From Chlorokybus atmophyticus (Eukaryota; Plantae; Mesostigma and Chlorokybus algae): DNA of 64,000 nucleotides. Within the stretch, counting starts at the first letter, position 1; every line of letters begins with the position of its first letter. The notes beneath the pieces were generated by a model. That model saw only the letters and a program-made list of their open reading frames with translations. It was not told the origin of the DNA and did not search any database. The position numbers were made by a program, and so were the translations under genes. The stretch covers positions 15,829 to 79,828 of the forward strand of contig RHPI01003614.1 in the NCBI GenBank assembly GCA_009103225.1. The letters run 5' to 3'. This document shows, piece after piece, positions 36,893 to 47,579 of this stretch.

Positions 36893-37860
36893 TTAGAGAG
36901 CAAAGCATATCTCCAATAACCACACCATGCTGTTTTGGTCCATAGCGCGTCCCAACAACTGATATTGCCGAGTGTCAGTAAGCATGAAAACTGTGATACT
37001 GCCTGGAGAGCATCCCATAGCGCGTTCGCGTTCTCGTTTGTTGGGTTCTTTCAGTCGGCATGTATTGGCATCCAACACCATGCCTTCGCCTTGGTTGCAA
37101 AAGGCGTATGATCCTTGGTATGACACTAAAGTGGGGAGCGCACGACGTGGTTGACCAGGCCGGTTCGTTGGTAGAAGTGGTGGTGATCGTGTCGCGGGAC
37201 TGGTTGTGCTGTGCGCCGAGGGTCGAGGATAGCTTTAACGGTGACATCGCATGGACGACTGCTGTGCAGATATTCAGCATCAAAAAGATTCTCGACTGTA
37301 GCTAGGTTGGTCCACTTGGCGCGGACGCGATGAGCACGGGAGCCATGACGCGCTGCGTTGATTTTGAGAAAATGCCCCAGTAAAGAACACACCTATCGAA
37401 AGCTGTTGTCCACGTGATAGCGCTTATCGTCCTCGGAGTGCACATTCTCAATGATGTATCATAGAGGCCTGGACAGCTGGTTGCTCTGCAGAGTTTTGAT
37501 GACGCGCCTCGGTTCCTAGAACATTCGCGAGCGAGGATCAGCGTGTCCTTGGCCTCTGCCTGCTTTGGAGTGTTCTTGACACTCTAGTCCTTGTATTAGC
37601 AGGTCAATGTTGCTCACCGCCAGGAGGTGATCCGCACTAATTAAACGAATATCCTGTGGCAGTGCCTTCAGGCTGCCTTGCAGCACCGATAGCGGCAGCT
37701 GCTGCGGGTACTATTGGTGTAGTTGGCGCAAGTGGTGGTTTAGGGCAATTTGTGCGTGTGGATCAGGGTTACAGTAGAGGTACTTGGTGACTGTCGTGCC
37801 GGTGTTGAGGACAGCGGCGAGGCCACTACCTATACCTCTAAATAGTTCTAACACGGTGAT
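36893..37860 (-). pseudogene. C5 cytosine DNA methyltransferase domain embedded in gypsy pol
   Basis: Manual translation gives motif I VLELFRGIGSG, IV IDLLIQGLECQEHSKAG, D-P-R-S, VI YIIENV, VIII INAARHGSRAHRVR, IX EPNKRERERAMG and X LLGRAMDQN, in canonical order. Four in-frame stops and one frameshift near 37140. Confidence 0.9.
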
Positions 37861-40099
37861 GCCTTGTCGTTGACGAAACACGTGAAACTCCACTACTCCA
37901 ATGGCCAATTGGTGTTGCTCCTGGCCGCAGCTTGGTCCTCGTAGAGAGGGAACCGTGCAGTGAGCCGTGGTTTGGTCAGCAGTAGATGTGCGACCACCTG
38001 TGCGCGCCAGTGGCATTCAAATGGTTTCAGGTGGGCCACTTTTTGAGTGGCATCTTTCTGAGACTCGTTGTGTTGTATAGGAGAGTCTTGATCCGCATTG
38101 TGGGTGACCACCGCAGATGATCTGTCAGTGGTTGTCGAACCCTGCCTGTGGTGGGCTGTCGCAACCGACCTGTTAGTGGTTGCCGACAACGACCTGCAGG
38201 TGGCTGTTGCAGCTGACCTTTGTTGAGAGCGAGTGCGAGCCACCAGCTCAAGAGGCAGATGTCCTTGAACCTCTCCATCCTCCCCATCTCAATGGGGACG
38301 AAACCATGCCTTTTCTATCCAGCAGTCCAGCCCCATGCCAACAGGGAAGTTGATGTCCTGTCCCAGCAGCAGGTCGAAGGATCCTGCATCGATGACCACA
38401 CACTTCTGTATGACCTCGGTGCTGTGGGAAGGGTCCAACCCTGTCAAGCGAATGCAGATGGCCTGCTTGGTGATGCCAATCACCTTGTCACGGCTGCTGT
38501 TCGCTGTGCCAAGCACGTATGGGCAAGGCATCAGCTTAGCGCTGGTGATGCCAAGGTCGCGTGCGAGGTAACGTCCAATGATGACAGTCTAGGCTAAAGA
38601 GTCCGGCATCACGCGCTTGGGAGCTCGTCCATTAAAGGTGATTTGCTTGCCTTTGTTGGCGATCATAGCGCTGGTATGGATGCGCAGACGCTTGAATCGT
38701 TGATAGCATGGGGTGACTGCTGCTGCAGTCTCCTCCGATGGTATCGAGCGAAGTGCGGCAAGCGCCCCTCGATCAGATGGATCTTCAGAACCTTCTTGTC
38801 CGCGGCCTGGCCCGAACCGTCCTTGTCTTGGCTGTTGGTATACCCGCTACGGCCTGGGTGCTGGCGGTGCTGCCTGTGGCTGTCCTGGTTGTGGCGCAGG
38901 GGGATTGCGCCTCTGTGTGGTCGGGGTCATACCTGGTGGCGTAGCCAATGGCTGATGTTGGGGAAACCCTGCAGGACTGGGTGTTTGTGGGCCCGCCTCT
39001 CGCGCAGCCTGTTTTTTTAAACAAGTGCAGCGTACAGCATGAGCTGCCTCCCTGACCAATGTACCTTCCCATATGGCCTTTCGATTGTTGACCACGTCAC
39101 TACAGCGGTGATTCTAAGGCATGGGCTGGAGATACACTGCGCGCATGAGCCGCGCTCTTATGTCGTGGGTGATGGTGGGAACCCTTAAGATCCCTGCCAT
39201 GTAGGCATCCCATCTACCATTGACCACCCCCACTTCTAGCTCCGTTGTTGCTCGTGCCCTTGCAATGAGGTAAATCTCTGGCTGTTGGACATGCTGCTCA
39301 TAAGCAGCTGCGATGCGTCTGCGTTGTCGCGCTGCTTCCACCCCTGGCAACCTCAGTATGGTCTTGTGAGCTCCTTCTAAGGTGTCAGTGGCTGCCGAGG
39401 CAACCTCGTCGTAGGCTTGCCGTAGCGAGCGAAAAAAAGCGTCCAACCATAACAATTCGGTGCTGAATGCGAATAGAGGGACTACGGGGTGATTGGTGAC
39501 CAGCCAAGTCACTAGTCTTGCTCTAGCTGCATTGCCACCTTCTCGCATCCCCATCATTTGTCTCAGGCCTATTGAGTTTTGGACACTACTGATCATGCAT
39601 GAAGTTGGTGCAAGCACAAGCACACACACTCTACCAAAGCATGCACACAAGGCTGATCCAAAAAGGCTTTCTAAGGATTACAACAAAGTCACACTGCGGG
39701 CTTTTATACCCGCCACTTCTGCACCTGTCTACTCCAAAAATCACTACGACTTTTACACTCAACCGAGTTTTGCGCTCTAAGTTGCAACACGTAGCTACTT
39801 TTAAGAGCTTTCCAACAAGCTATAACACGCGCCATACAATGATGTAATCATCGAGCTACAACGTTTCTTCTACAGTGCCTGGAAGTCTCAAGACTCCGGA
39901 CTCGACTCCGCGCCTGGAACCTTCTCGACTGAAGTCCTCGCCTGGACCTTAACCTTTCTTGACTGGCACTTTCTCGCGCCTGAATCTTCTCGCGGCTATT
40001 GTTATCCACAGGGCAAGCTGACTGGATACGGATAAGAATATCCTCAACAAGGCCGATGCCTTCTTGTCGATGTAGCATGGTTGCTTGTCGCAACAGGGC

Positions 40100-41711
40100 A
40101 GGTGGCAGAGGCAATGGAGGTCACAAGCATGGACGGCATGAAGTTCACGATTGACCCACTGGACGTTAACAATTACAACATTAAAAATTTTGAAGATGGA
40201 GCTGCTACTGACCCACAAGGAGTTGTGGAAGTATGTAGACCCGGCGGAGACAGTCCTTATAGGTGAGGCGAGTATTTAGATTGCGCAAGGGAAGAAGGCA
40301 CTGTCGCTGATTGGCTTGCACATGGCGGATCATCACCTAGTGCTGGTGAAGGAGTGCAAAAGTACAAGGGAGCATTAGACGAAGTTGGAGAGCCACTTCA
40401 AGGCGCGCAACATGGCAAGGAGGTTGCAGTTGCGGTAAGAGCTCAACTCGTTGTGGAAGGAGAGCGGAGAGCCTATTACCAAGTTCATTGCGCGAGCAAA
40501 GGCGTTGTGAAGGACTTGCTGGGCGTCGGCCACGAACTCAAGGAAGTTGAGGTAGTGTGGGTTGTGCTTTCGGGATTGCCTAAGGAGTATAAAGTGGTGG
40601 TCACTATCTTGGAGTCCGGGACAGAGGACTTGTCGCTAGATGGAGTGACACCCAGGCTTCTTCAAGAGGAGCAGCGCTTGAGGAAGGAGGATGATGATGG
40701 AGAAGGAGCACTTTGGCATTCACGTTATCATTGAAGCATCATGTGAGGAAGGGCATTCGAGGCATCAATGTGGAGTGTTGGCACAACAAGGAGCGTGCTT
40801 ACATCAATATGAAGTGTCCCAAGTTGAAGAAGGCTAATAGTGAGCACCGAGCGGTTGCTTTCTATGCATTGGATGAGGGAGCAGAGTATCCAGAGTGGGT
40901 GCTGGACACGGGAGCGAACAAGCATCTCATAAGCAATAGGAGCAAGCTCGCCAACCTCACTCCTTATACTGAGCCTGTCACGGTGGACTTTGGGAACAGG
41001 AAGATGCTGAATGCTGTTGCAAAGGGCGACGTAAACTTGAGGTGCAAGGTTGGTAGTGCCGTGAGAGACGTTGTGCTTAGAGATGTACTGTATGTGCCAG
41101 GTGCATCTGCTAGCTTGTTCTCAGTACGTGTAGCCACGAGGGTTGGTGCTAGGGCTGTGTGTTTGATGCGGACAAGGGTAGTATAGTCCTTGGGGACGTC
41201 ACACATGTGGTAGGCATCAACAAGGGTGGGCTCTACTACGTTAAAGAGGAGGACATCGCACACAAGGTTGTCGCAAAGACAAGGGTGATTCAGAAAGAGT
41301 TCAAGACACCACAAGGTTTGAGCAACAAGGAGGCACTGAAGGTTGCTATGAAGCGGACAAGCTCGGAGCCCGTGGTAGCTGAAAAAAGTTACAAGCGAGT
41401 AGTGGAGAGCAAGGTGGCTAAGGAAGAGCCAAGGGCCATCAGAGCTAGAGTTGCTGTCTCAGGAGGACAGGTGCAACAGGCGCAGGTCGACAAGGAGCAA
41501 GTGCAGCATGGGAGCAAGATGCGAGAGGACATCTAAAAGGCTCAAGTTGCTGTGGAGGACACATCTTGAAAGGATAATCGGTTCCAGGCGCTCATGGAAA
41601 GCATGGAAGAGCTGGAGGAAGAGAAGGTCAAAGGCTTTGTCGCAATCGTACGCAAGAAGAGAGGCAAGGCTAGCATAAGAGCTAGCGGTGCATGAGTTTT
41701 AAGGGGAGAAG
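40100..41711 (+). mobile_element. Ty1/copia fragment 1: gag-protease only, ending in a polypurine tract
   Basis: FTIDPLDVNNY, VLSGLPKEYKVVVTILE, protease WVLDTGANKH...LRDVLYVPG. No integrase or RT follows. The tract aaggggagaag lies immediately before TG at 41712. Confidence 0.8.
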
Positions 41712-41933
41712 TGTTGAAGGCCAAGCTGCCCACGTGGGAATCTTAATATAATATGGTTCACTGTGCTTGTGCTTAAGTCTGGTGGCGGCGGAAGCCTGAG
41801 CCTGGGCGTGGTCTTGACTGGTCTGGTCTGGCGTGGTCTACTCTGATCGTTTTTTGCTTGCACAGACGGTTTGAGGGTGTTGTGTTGTGTGTTTACGCCT
41901 AGGAAGCTTGCATCGTAACAGGTTATGGGCCCA
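41712..41933 (+). repeat. 209-bp LTR (TGTTG...TAACA) followed by primer-binding site GGTTATGGGCCCA
   Basis: LTR 41712-41920 and PBS 41921-41933. The PBS matches the internal tRNAi-Met-type PBS known from Drosophila copia-type (Hemivirus) elements. Confidence 0.85.
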
Positions 41934-44900
41934 CATACGCTGCGGTAAGAGCTTGTCTAGACATCTTGGCGGAAGTGTGCACTTTGGTAGCAAGGGTTAT
42001 TCTGAGTCTGCCGTTTGGGGCTAGACTGTGGAGGTCTGGGAGCATGATCTGCTGTTCTGTCGCTTAAACGGCCTATTCTCAGCAGCGGGGTGTGCTATGA
42101 CGACCAGCTACGACAAGGTGGTGATTGAGCCGTTGGGAGATGACAACTACAACGCATGGAGCAGCCGCATGAAGTGGTTGTTCGAGCACAAGAGCTTGTG
42201 GGACTTCGTGAACCCGGAGGAGGCTGATCCCCTACCCACCAGCCGGAGCGCTGTCTGAAAGCAAAACTCCATGAAAGCACTTGCATTCATCGGTTTGACC
42301 GTGAGAGAGGCATGGGAGAAGTTGTCTGATTTTTTCAAGGCTAAGAACAATGCCAGGCGTGTCCACCTTAGGCGTAACCTAAATGCTTTGAGGAAAGACT
42401 CAAGTGAGCCTGACACCAAGTACGTTGCAAGGGCAAGAGAGCTTTGAAAGGAATCTTTTAGGCGTGGGCTGCCAGCTGCAGGAAGCTGAGCTTGTTTGAG
42501 CTACACTTTCTGGTCTTCCCGACGTGCAAGAGTTTGACACCTTGATTACGGTGTTGGAAGGTCTTGACACTAATCCCACGTAGGATGAGGTGATGCGAAG
42601 GCTACTTCAAGTTGAGCAAAGGCTCAAGAAGAAGGAGGGTGCTTAAGATGCAATCGCTTTTGCTGCTTCCAAGCGTCGTTATAGCTGCAGACCCATGACA
42701 GGCGCTAATTCTTTGGGCCAGAGCGGTTCTTCAGGCCAGGGCGGTGAAAAGAAGAAGAAACGCAAGTGCAGCTACTGTGGCAAGCTTGGGCATGATGTGG
42801 AGAAGTGTTGGAAGAAGCATGGCATGCCAGGAGAGGGGGAAAACAAGGAAAAACCCGTGGCCTTCACTACAAGTGCTTCAATCCCTGTCCACACCTGGGC
42901 TTTAAACTCAAGGGCTATTTCTCACATGACTGCAGACAGATCTGCCTTTTGTCACCTTCCAGACCCTCAACAAGCCCATGTCCGTGGGGTGCGCAATGAA
43001 GGAAGCGTGATGGCTGCTACTAGTCAGGGCAATGTCATCCTTGACTGCCAAGTTGAGGGGTCAACAAGGCAAGTGCAGCTCAAGGATGTTCTTTTTGTGC
43101 CTTAGGTTGCTGCAAGTCTTTTCTCATCAAGGCTGCTGCTCGTGCTGGTGCTAAGATTGAGTTTGAGGGAGATAAGGGCTGCATATTGCTTGGTGCCGTG
43201 AAGCACCTTAAGGCTTTCAGTTAGGGAGGAGGTTTATACCTTGTTTCGGGGAAGACTTCAGTCTAGACTTCAATCCAAGCACTTGTTGCAGCATCCTTGC
43301 AGTCTGCTCAGCTTTGGCATAGGGGGTTTGGGCATTTGGGTTCTAAAAATCTAGCGCGCTTGGTGAAGGAAGACATGGTGGAAGGAATTAACCTCAGTTC
43401 TGAAGACTTTTAGGTTGAGAAAGATGTCCTATGCAGTCTTTGTGTCCTAAGAAAGCGGACCAGACTGCCTTTCCTACCTCTTCTCACGTGAGTACACGTT
43501 GCTTGGAGCTGATCCATACGGATGTGTGCGGTCTCATGCCGGTGACATCCAATGGCGGGAGCTTCAAGCACTTTCTTGGATGACTTCAGCAAATTGTCCG
43601 TGGTCGTGCCATTAACCTTGAAGTCAGATGTGGCTATGACAATTCTAGAGTTTCTTGAGCTTGTAGAGACCCAGACAGGTCTGAAGGTTGCTGCAGTGCC
43701 CTCAGACCGTGGTGGAGAGTTTGTCAACACTCAGCTGAAGGACTATTATGCCAAGAGGGGGATTATGCATGAGACTACATCACCATACACTCCGGAGCAG
43801 AACGGGACGGCGGAGAGGCTTGACGGCACGCTCTTGGAGAAGGTTCGGGCCATGCTGTCTGATGCCAACCTGGAGGACTGCACGTGGACGAACGCATTGT
43901 TGGCTGCAAACTTTATGCGCAACCGTTCCCCCGTGCCATCTGACGCCAAGATTTCGTGGGAGCTCTTCACGGGCGCAAGGCATGATGTGAGCATGGTGAG
44001 GGTCTTTGGTTCTAGTGCCTTTGTCCACGTACCCAAGCAGCAACGACACAAGTTGGCCAAAGTTAGCCGGCGCGGCGTGTTCGTGGGGTACGAGACTGGT
44101 TTTAAGGCATTGAGGGTCTTGCTGGTTGAGACCAAGAAGGTTGTGGTGAGTTGTAATGTGACTTTTGCTGAGGGAGGAGTAGGAGCTGGAGTTTTAAGCG
44201 TTAACAACACCCTAGTTGGCGCTGAGCCTTCAGAACCAAGTCCAAACCAGGTTCCTGGCAGTGTTTCAGACCAGGTCTTAAGGTCTCCAGGCCAGTCTTT
44301 TTCAGCTCAAGGCAACAAAAGCACTTCAGCTCCTGTCACCACTGAAAACCAACACCAGCACCATGAGTCTCAAGAGCAGGGGAGGAGGTATCCCTTGCGT
44401 GAGAGGTGGGAGCCGAAGAGATTGATCAACCAAGCCATGGCTGCATCAGAGGCACTTGGAGGCTTAAAGGAGCCTAGCATCTATGAGGAGGCGCTTGCAG
44501 GTGCTGATGCAGATCTTTTGGAGAAGACAATGGATGAGGAGATTGCTTCTCTACTAGCCAACTAGACCTGGAGGCTTGAGACTGTCCCGGCTGACATTAG
44601 ACCCTTCCCGGTCAAGTGGGTCCACAAGATCAAGAAGGATGGGCAAGGCAACATTGAGCGCTACAAGGCGAGGCTCGTTGCGAAGGGCTTTCTCCAGCAT
44701 GAGGGCATTGACTTCAATGAGGTCTTTACTCCAGCTAGCAAGCACACAACCTTTCGCACCATGCTGGCTTTGGTGGTTGCTCAAGACCTGGAACTGCACC
44801 ATCTTGTTGTTAAAACCGCATTCCTCTACGGCGAGCTTGAAGAGGACATCTTTGTGCAACAACCCAAGGGCTACCATGAGGGAGGTCCACATGTGGCATG

Positions 44901-44968
44901 CAAGCTTGTGAAGGCCTTGTATGGTCTTCAGCAGGCTCCAAGGGTTTGGCACCTCTGCTTAAGCATTG
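41712..44968 (+). mobile_element. Ty1/copia element 2, decayed, truncated within RT
   Basis: gag VIEPLGDDNYNAWSSRMK, zinc knuckle CSYCGKLGHDVEKC, integrase IHTDVCG, SDRGGEF, TPEQNGTAER, RT KWVHKIK...[38 protein letters not shown], then an abrupt break. Confidence 0.93.
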
Positions 44969-44969
44969 T

Positions 44970-47003
44970 GTTAACCAGTGCTATACACAATGTCACCATA
45001 GCCCTAAAGAGATGCCTCGTGGTCCATCTGTAGGTGCACCTCGTCGTGGAGGTTGGCGCCAGTTGTCCGGAGCACGGTTTACGAAGGTGAGAGAGAGGAA
45101 GTGTGAGCGTTTACACCTCTACTTTGTAAGCGTAGTGTAGTGTATTGGTGGAAATGGAGGATGTCCGTGTTGAGGAGCTTCAAGGTGCAATCCTAGCACT
45201 GCGAGAAGAGCTTCATCACACGCAAGCGGCTGCACAAGCACAATGCGAGGCGTACGAGGTGTGCAATGGCGCACGCACAAGTTCCCATGGTATCGAGCTC
45301 GCGCGTGCATGTGAAGGTGCCAAAGCCATTCAAGGGTCAACGTGATGGAGATGCAGTAGACGAACAATTTTTCAAGTATCATCTTGGTTGAAGCTTATGG
45401 AGGTGCCCACGCATCTGCACGTGAAGGTTGCGACATTGCTTGAAGGTGCAGCACTTGTATGGTGGAGACATCGTTGTACGCGTGTTGCAAGTGAGTTGGC
45501 GCTACCATTAACCACCATGGAAGAGATGGCTCTGGAGATCAGGCATCAAATTGTTCCCGTGAAGAATGCGAAGGCCGCACGCGATAAATTGCAGCCCTTG
45601 TGCAAACGGAGTAGGTGACGGCGTACACGGCTACGTTGCAGCGTTTGGTGATGTCCCATACCTAACATGACCGAGGAAGAGCAGTTGGACAGGTACACAC
45701 GTGGTTTGAAACCTTTGGGACGCAAAGAAGTGGAGCTACGGATTCCTAAACCATTGGCGGAAGCTATACGCATCGCGGAGCGTTTCGACGCGTTGTACTT
45801 CAAGTCTTCTGCAACAAACGCGGACTGGAGGCATGGAAGCAAGCAAGAACGTGGTGATCAGCATAGCGGAAGCTTTCAACATGCATGGACACGAAGGGAG
45901 CCAAGTTCACAACTTGCAAAGGAAGGTGGAGCTGATTTTGGACTATTACCAATGGAGGTGGGTGCCGTACACACGCATAACGGCGTGGCGAAGCACAGTG
46001 GACGTGGTGAGGCAGTTAGCAGCGTGCGCAAGTGTTACGTGTGCGCTTCGATAGAACATTTGACATTCAATTGCTCAAAGCGGCGCACGCAAACGTCTGC
46101 ATTAGCTGGCAAGACACATCGCGCACGATGCATCAGCGCAATGAAGGAAGATGGCGTGGAGGATCTGGGAAACGACTCCCCCCAGCAGGTACGGAGGCTA
46201 TTGGGGGTGTCACAGGAGGTGGCTATGAACACGCCTATGGTGGTAACTTATACAAGCGAGGAGGCAACGAAGTACGTTGGGCTTCTAGCACGCATTTGCA
46301 ATGACCGAGGACAATGGAGGGAGTGCAACCTTATGGTTGATAGTGGAGCAAACAGCAACTTCATGACTGAGGAGGTTGCACGGCGCTACGGTTGGCTTTC
46401 ACCTTACGAGGAGGAGAAGTGAAACTTGCCGATGGGGAACCACCCTTTGGAGGTACCGGTGCTGCGTTTAACCAAGGAGTTGTGTGTTCACATGGAGAAG
46501 TTGGATAAAGCAAGACGGCTTACTATTGCATCATGGCCGCTTGTACATCCCCAATGTTGCATGTTTACGCGTTCAACTTTATAAGGAAGATCGTGACGTA
46601 CCAATTGCTGGCCACTAAGAAGTGGAGAGGACGTTGGCAAGCTTAAAACAACGCTTTTACTGGCGGGAGATGCATTGTGATGTACGCCACTATGTGGCGT
46701 CGTGCGATGCATGTCAAAGGGTGAAAGCAACCAATTAAAAGCTAGATGGGTTGCTACAACCTATTCCCATGCCATTGTCCAAGTTGGACAATGGCATGGG
46801 AATAGGTTGTAGCAACCCATCTGGCTTTTAATTGGTTGCTTTCACCCTTTGACTTGAAGTGGGAGCAAGTTAGTATGGACTTTATTATGGGGCTGCCGAA
46901 GACAACAGAAGGGTACGACGCAATACTCGTGTCGGTAGACAAAACCAGCAAAATGGTACGCTTGGCACCGTGTTGTAGTAAGTCTTGCATGGCACCAGAG
47001 GCA
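44970..47003 (+). mobile_element. Second Ty3/gypsy derivative: gag-PR joined directly to integrase N-terminus (RT/RNase H absent)
   Basis: LLEGAALVWW, YTRGLKP, PMEVG, CYVCASIEHLTFNC, LMVDSGANSNF, KLADG, then HHGRLYIP...RFYWREMHCDVRHYVASCDACQR and WEQVSMDFIMGLP. Confidence 0.88.
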
Positions 47004-47579
47004 ATGAAGCGGGGATCATGATCGCTTACAACGCTTCATGGTAGTCCGTGGGAACGGAAAGACATGCTTCATAAACAAGCTTGCTGCCTCTGGTGACATG
47101 CAAGACTCACAACACGGTGCCAAGCGTACCATTTTGCTGATTTTGTCTACCGACACGAGTATTGCGTCGTACCCTTCTGTTGTCTTCGGCAGCCCTATAA
47201 TAAAGTCCATACTAACTTGCTCCCACTTGGACAATGGCATGGGAATAGGTTGTAGCAACCCACCTGGCTTTTAATTGGTTGCTTTCACCCTTTGACATGC
47301 ATCGCACAACGCCACATAGTCGCGTACATCACGATGCATCTCCCGCCAGTAAAAGCGTTGTTTTAAGCTTGCCAACGTCCTCTCCACTCTTTAGTGGCCA
47401 GCAATTGGTACGTCATGATCTTGCTGTAAAAGTTGAACGCGTATATATGCAACATTGGGGATGTACAAGCGGCTATGATGCAATAGTAAGCCGTCTTGCT
47501 TTATCTAACTTCCCCATGTGAACACACAACTCCTTGGTTAAACGCAGCATCGGTACCTCCAGAGGGTGGTTCCCCATCG
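46430..47579. repeat. Large inverted repeat of gypsy integrase sequence with nested ~70-bp hairpin
   Basis: 46430-47003 is the reverse complement of 47085-47579 apart from scattered substitutions and an extra inverted segment at ~46786-46855. The loop is 81 bp. Confidence 0.93.

Larger units (their letters stand above)
32727..39700 (-). mobile_element. Decayed Ty3/gypsy LTR retrotransposon: gag-PR-DNMT-RT-RNaseH-INT-PHD
   Basis: gag-like ~38600-39650, protease (VMPDSLA, SFDLLLGQD) ~38290-38620, RT (CGNYRPLN, LDMRQGYNQI, MPIRLKNAPA, YIDNIL) ~36050-36470, RNase H (LHTDWSQLG, YEGECL) ~35380-35700, integrase (GHFAIKRT, RYILVMIEHFFKWVE, HPKADGLAER) ~33900-34910. Many stops and frameshifts. Confidence 0.93.
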
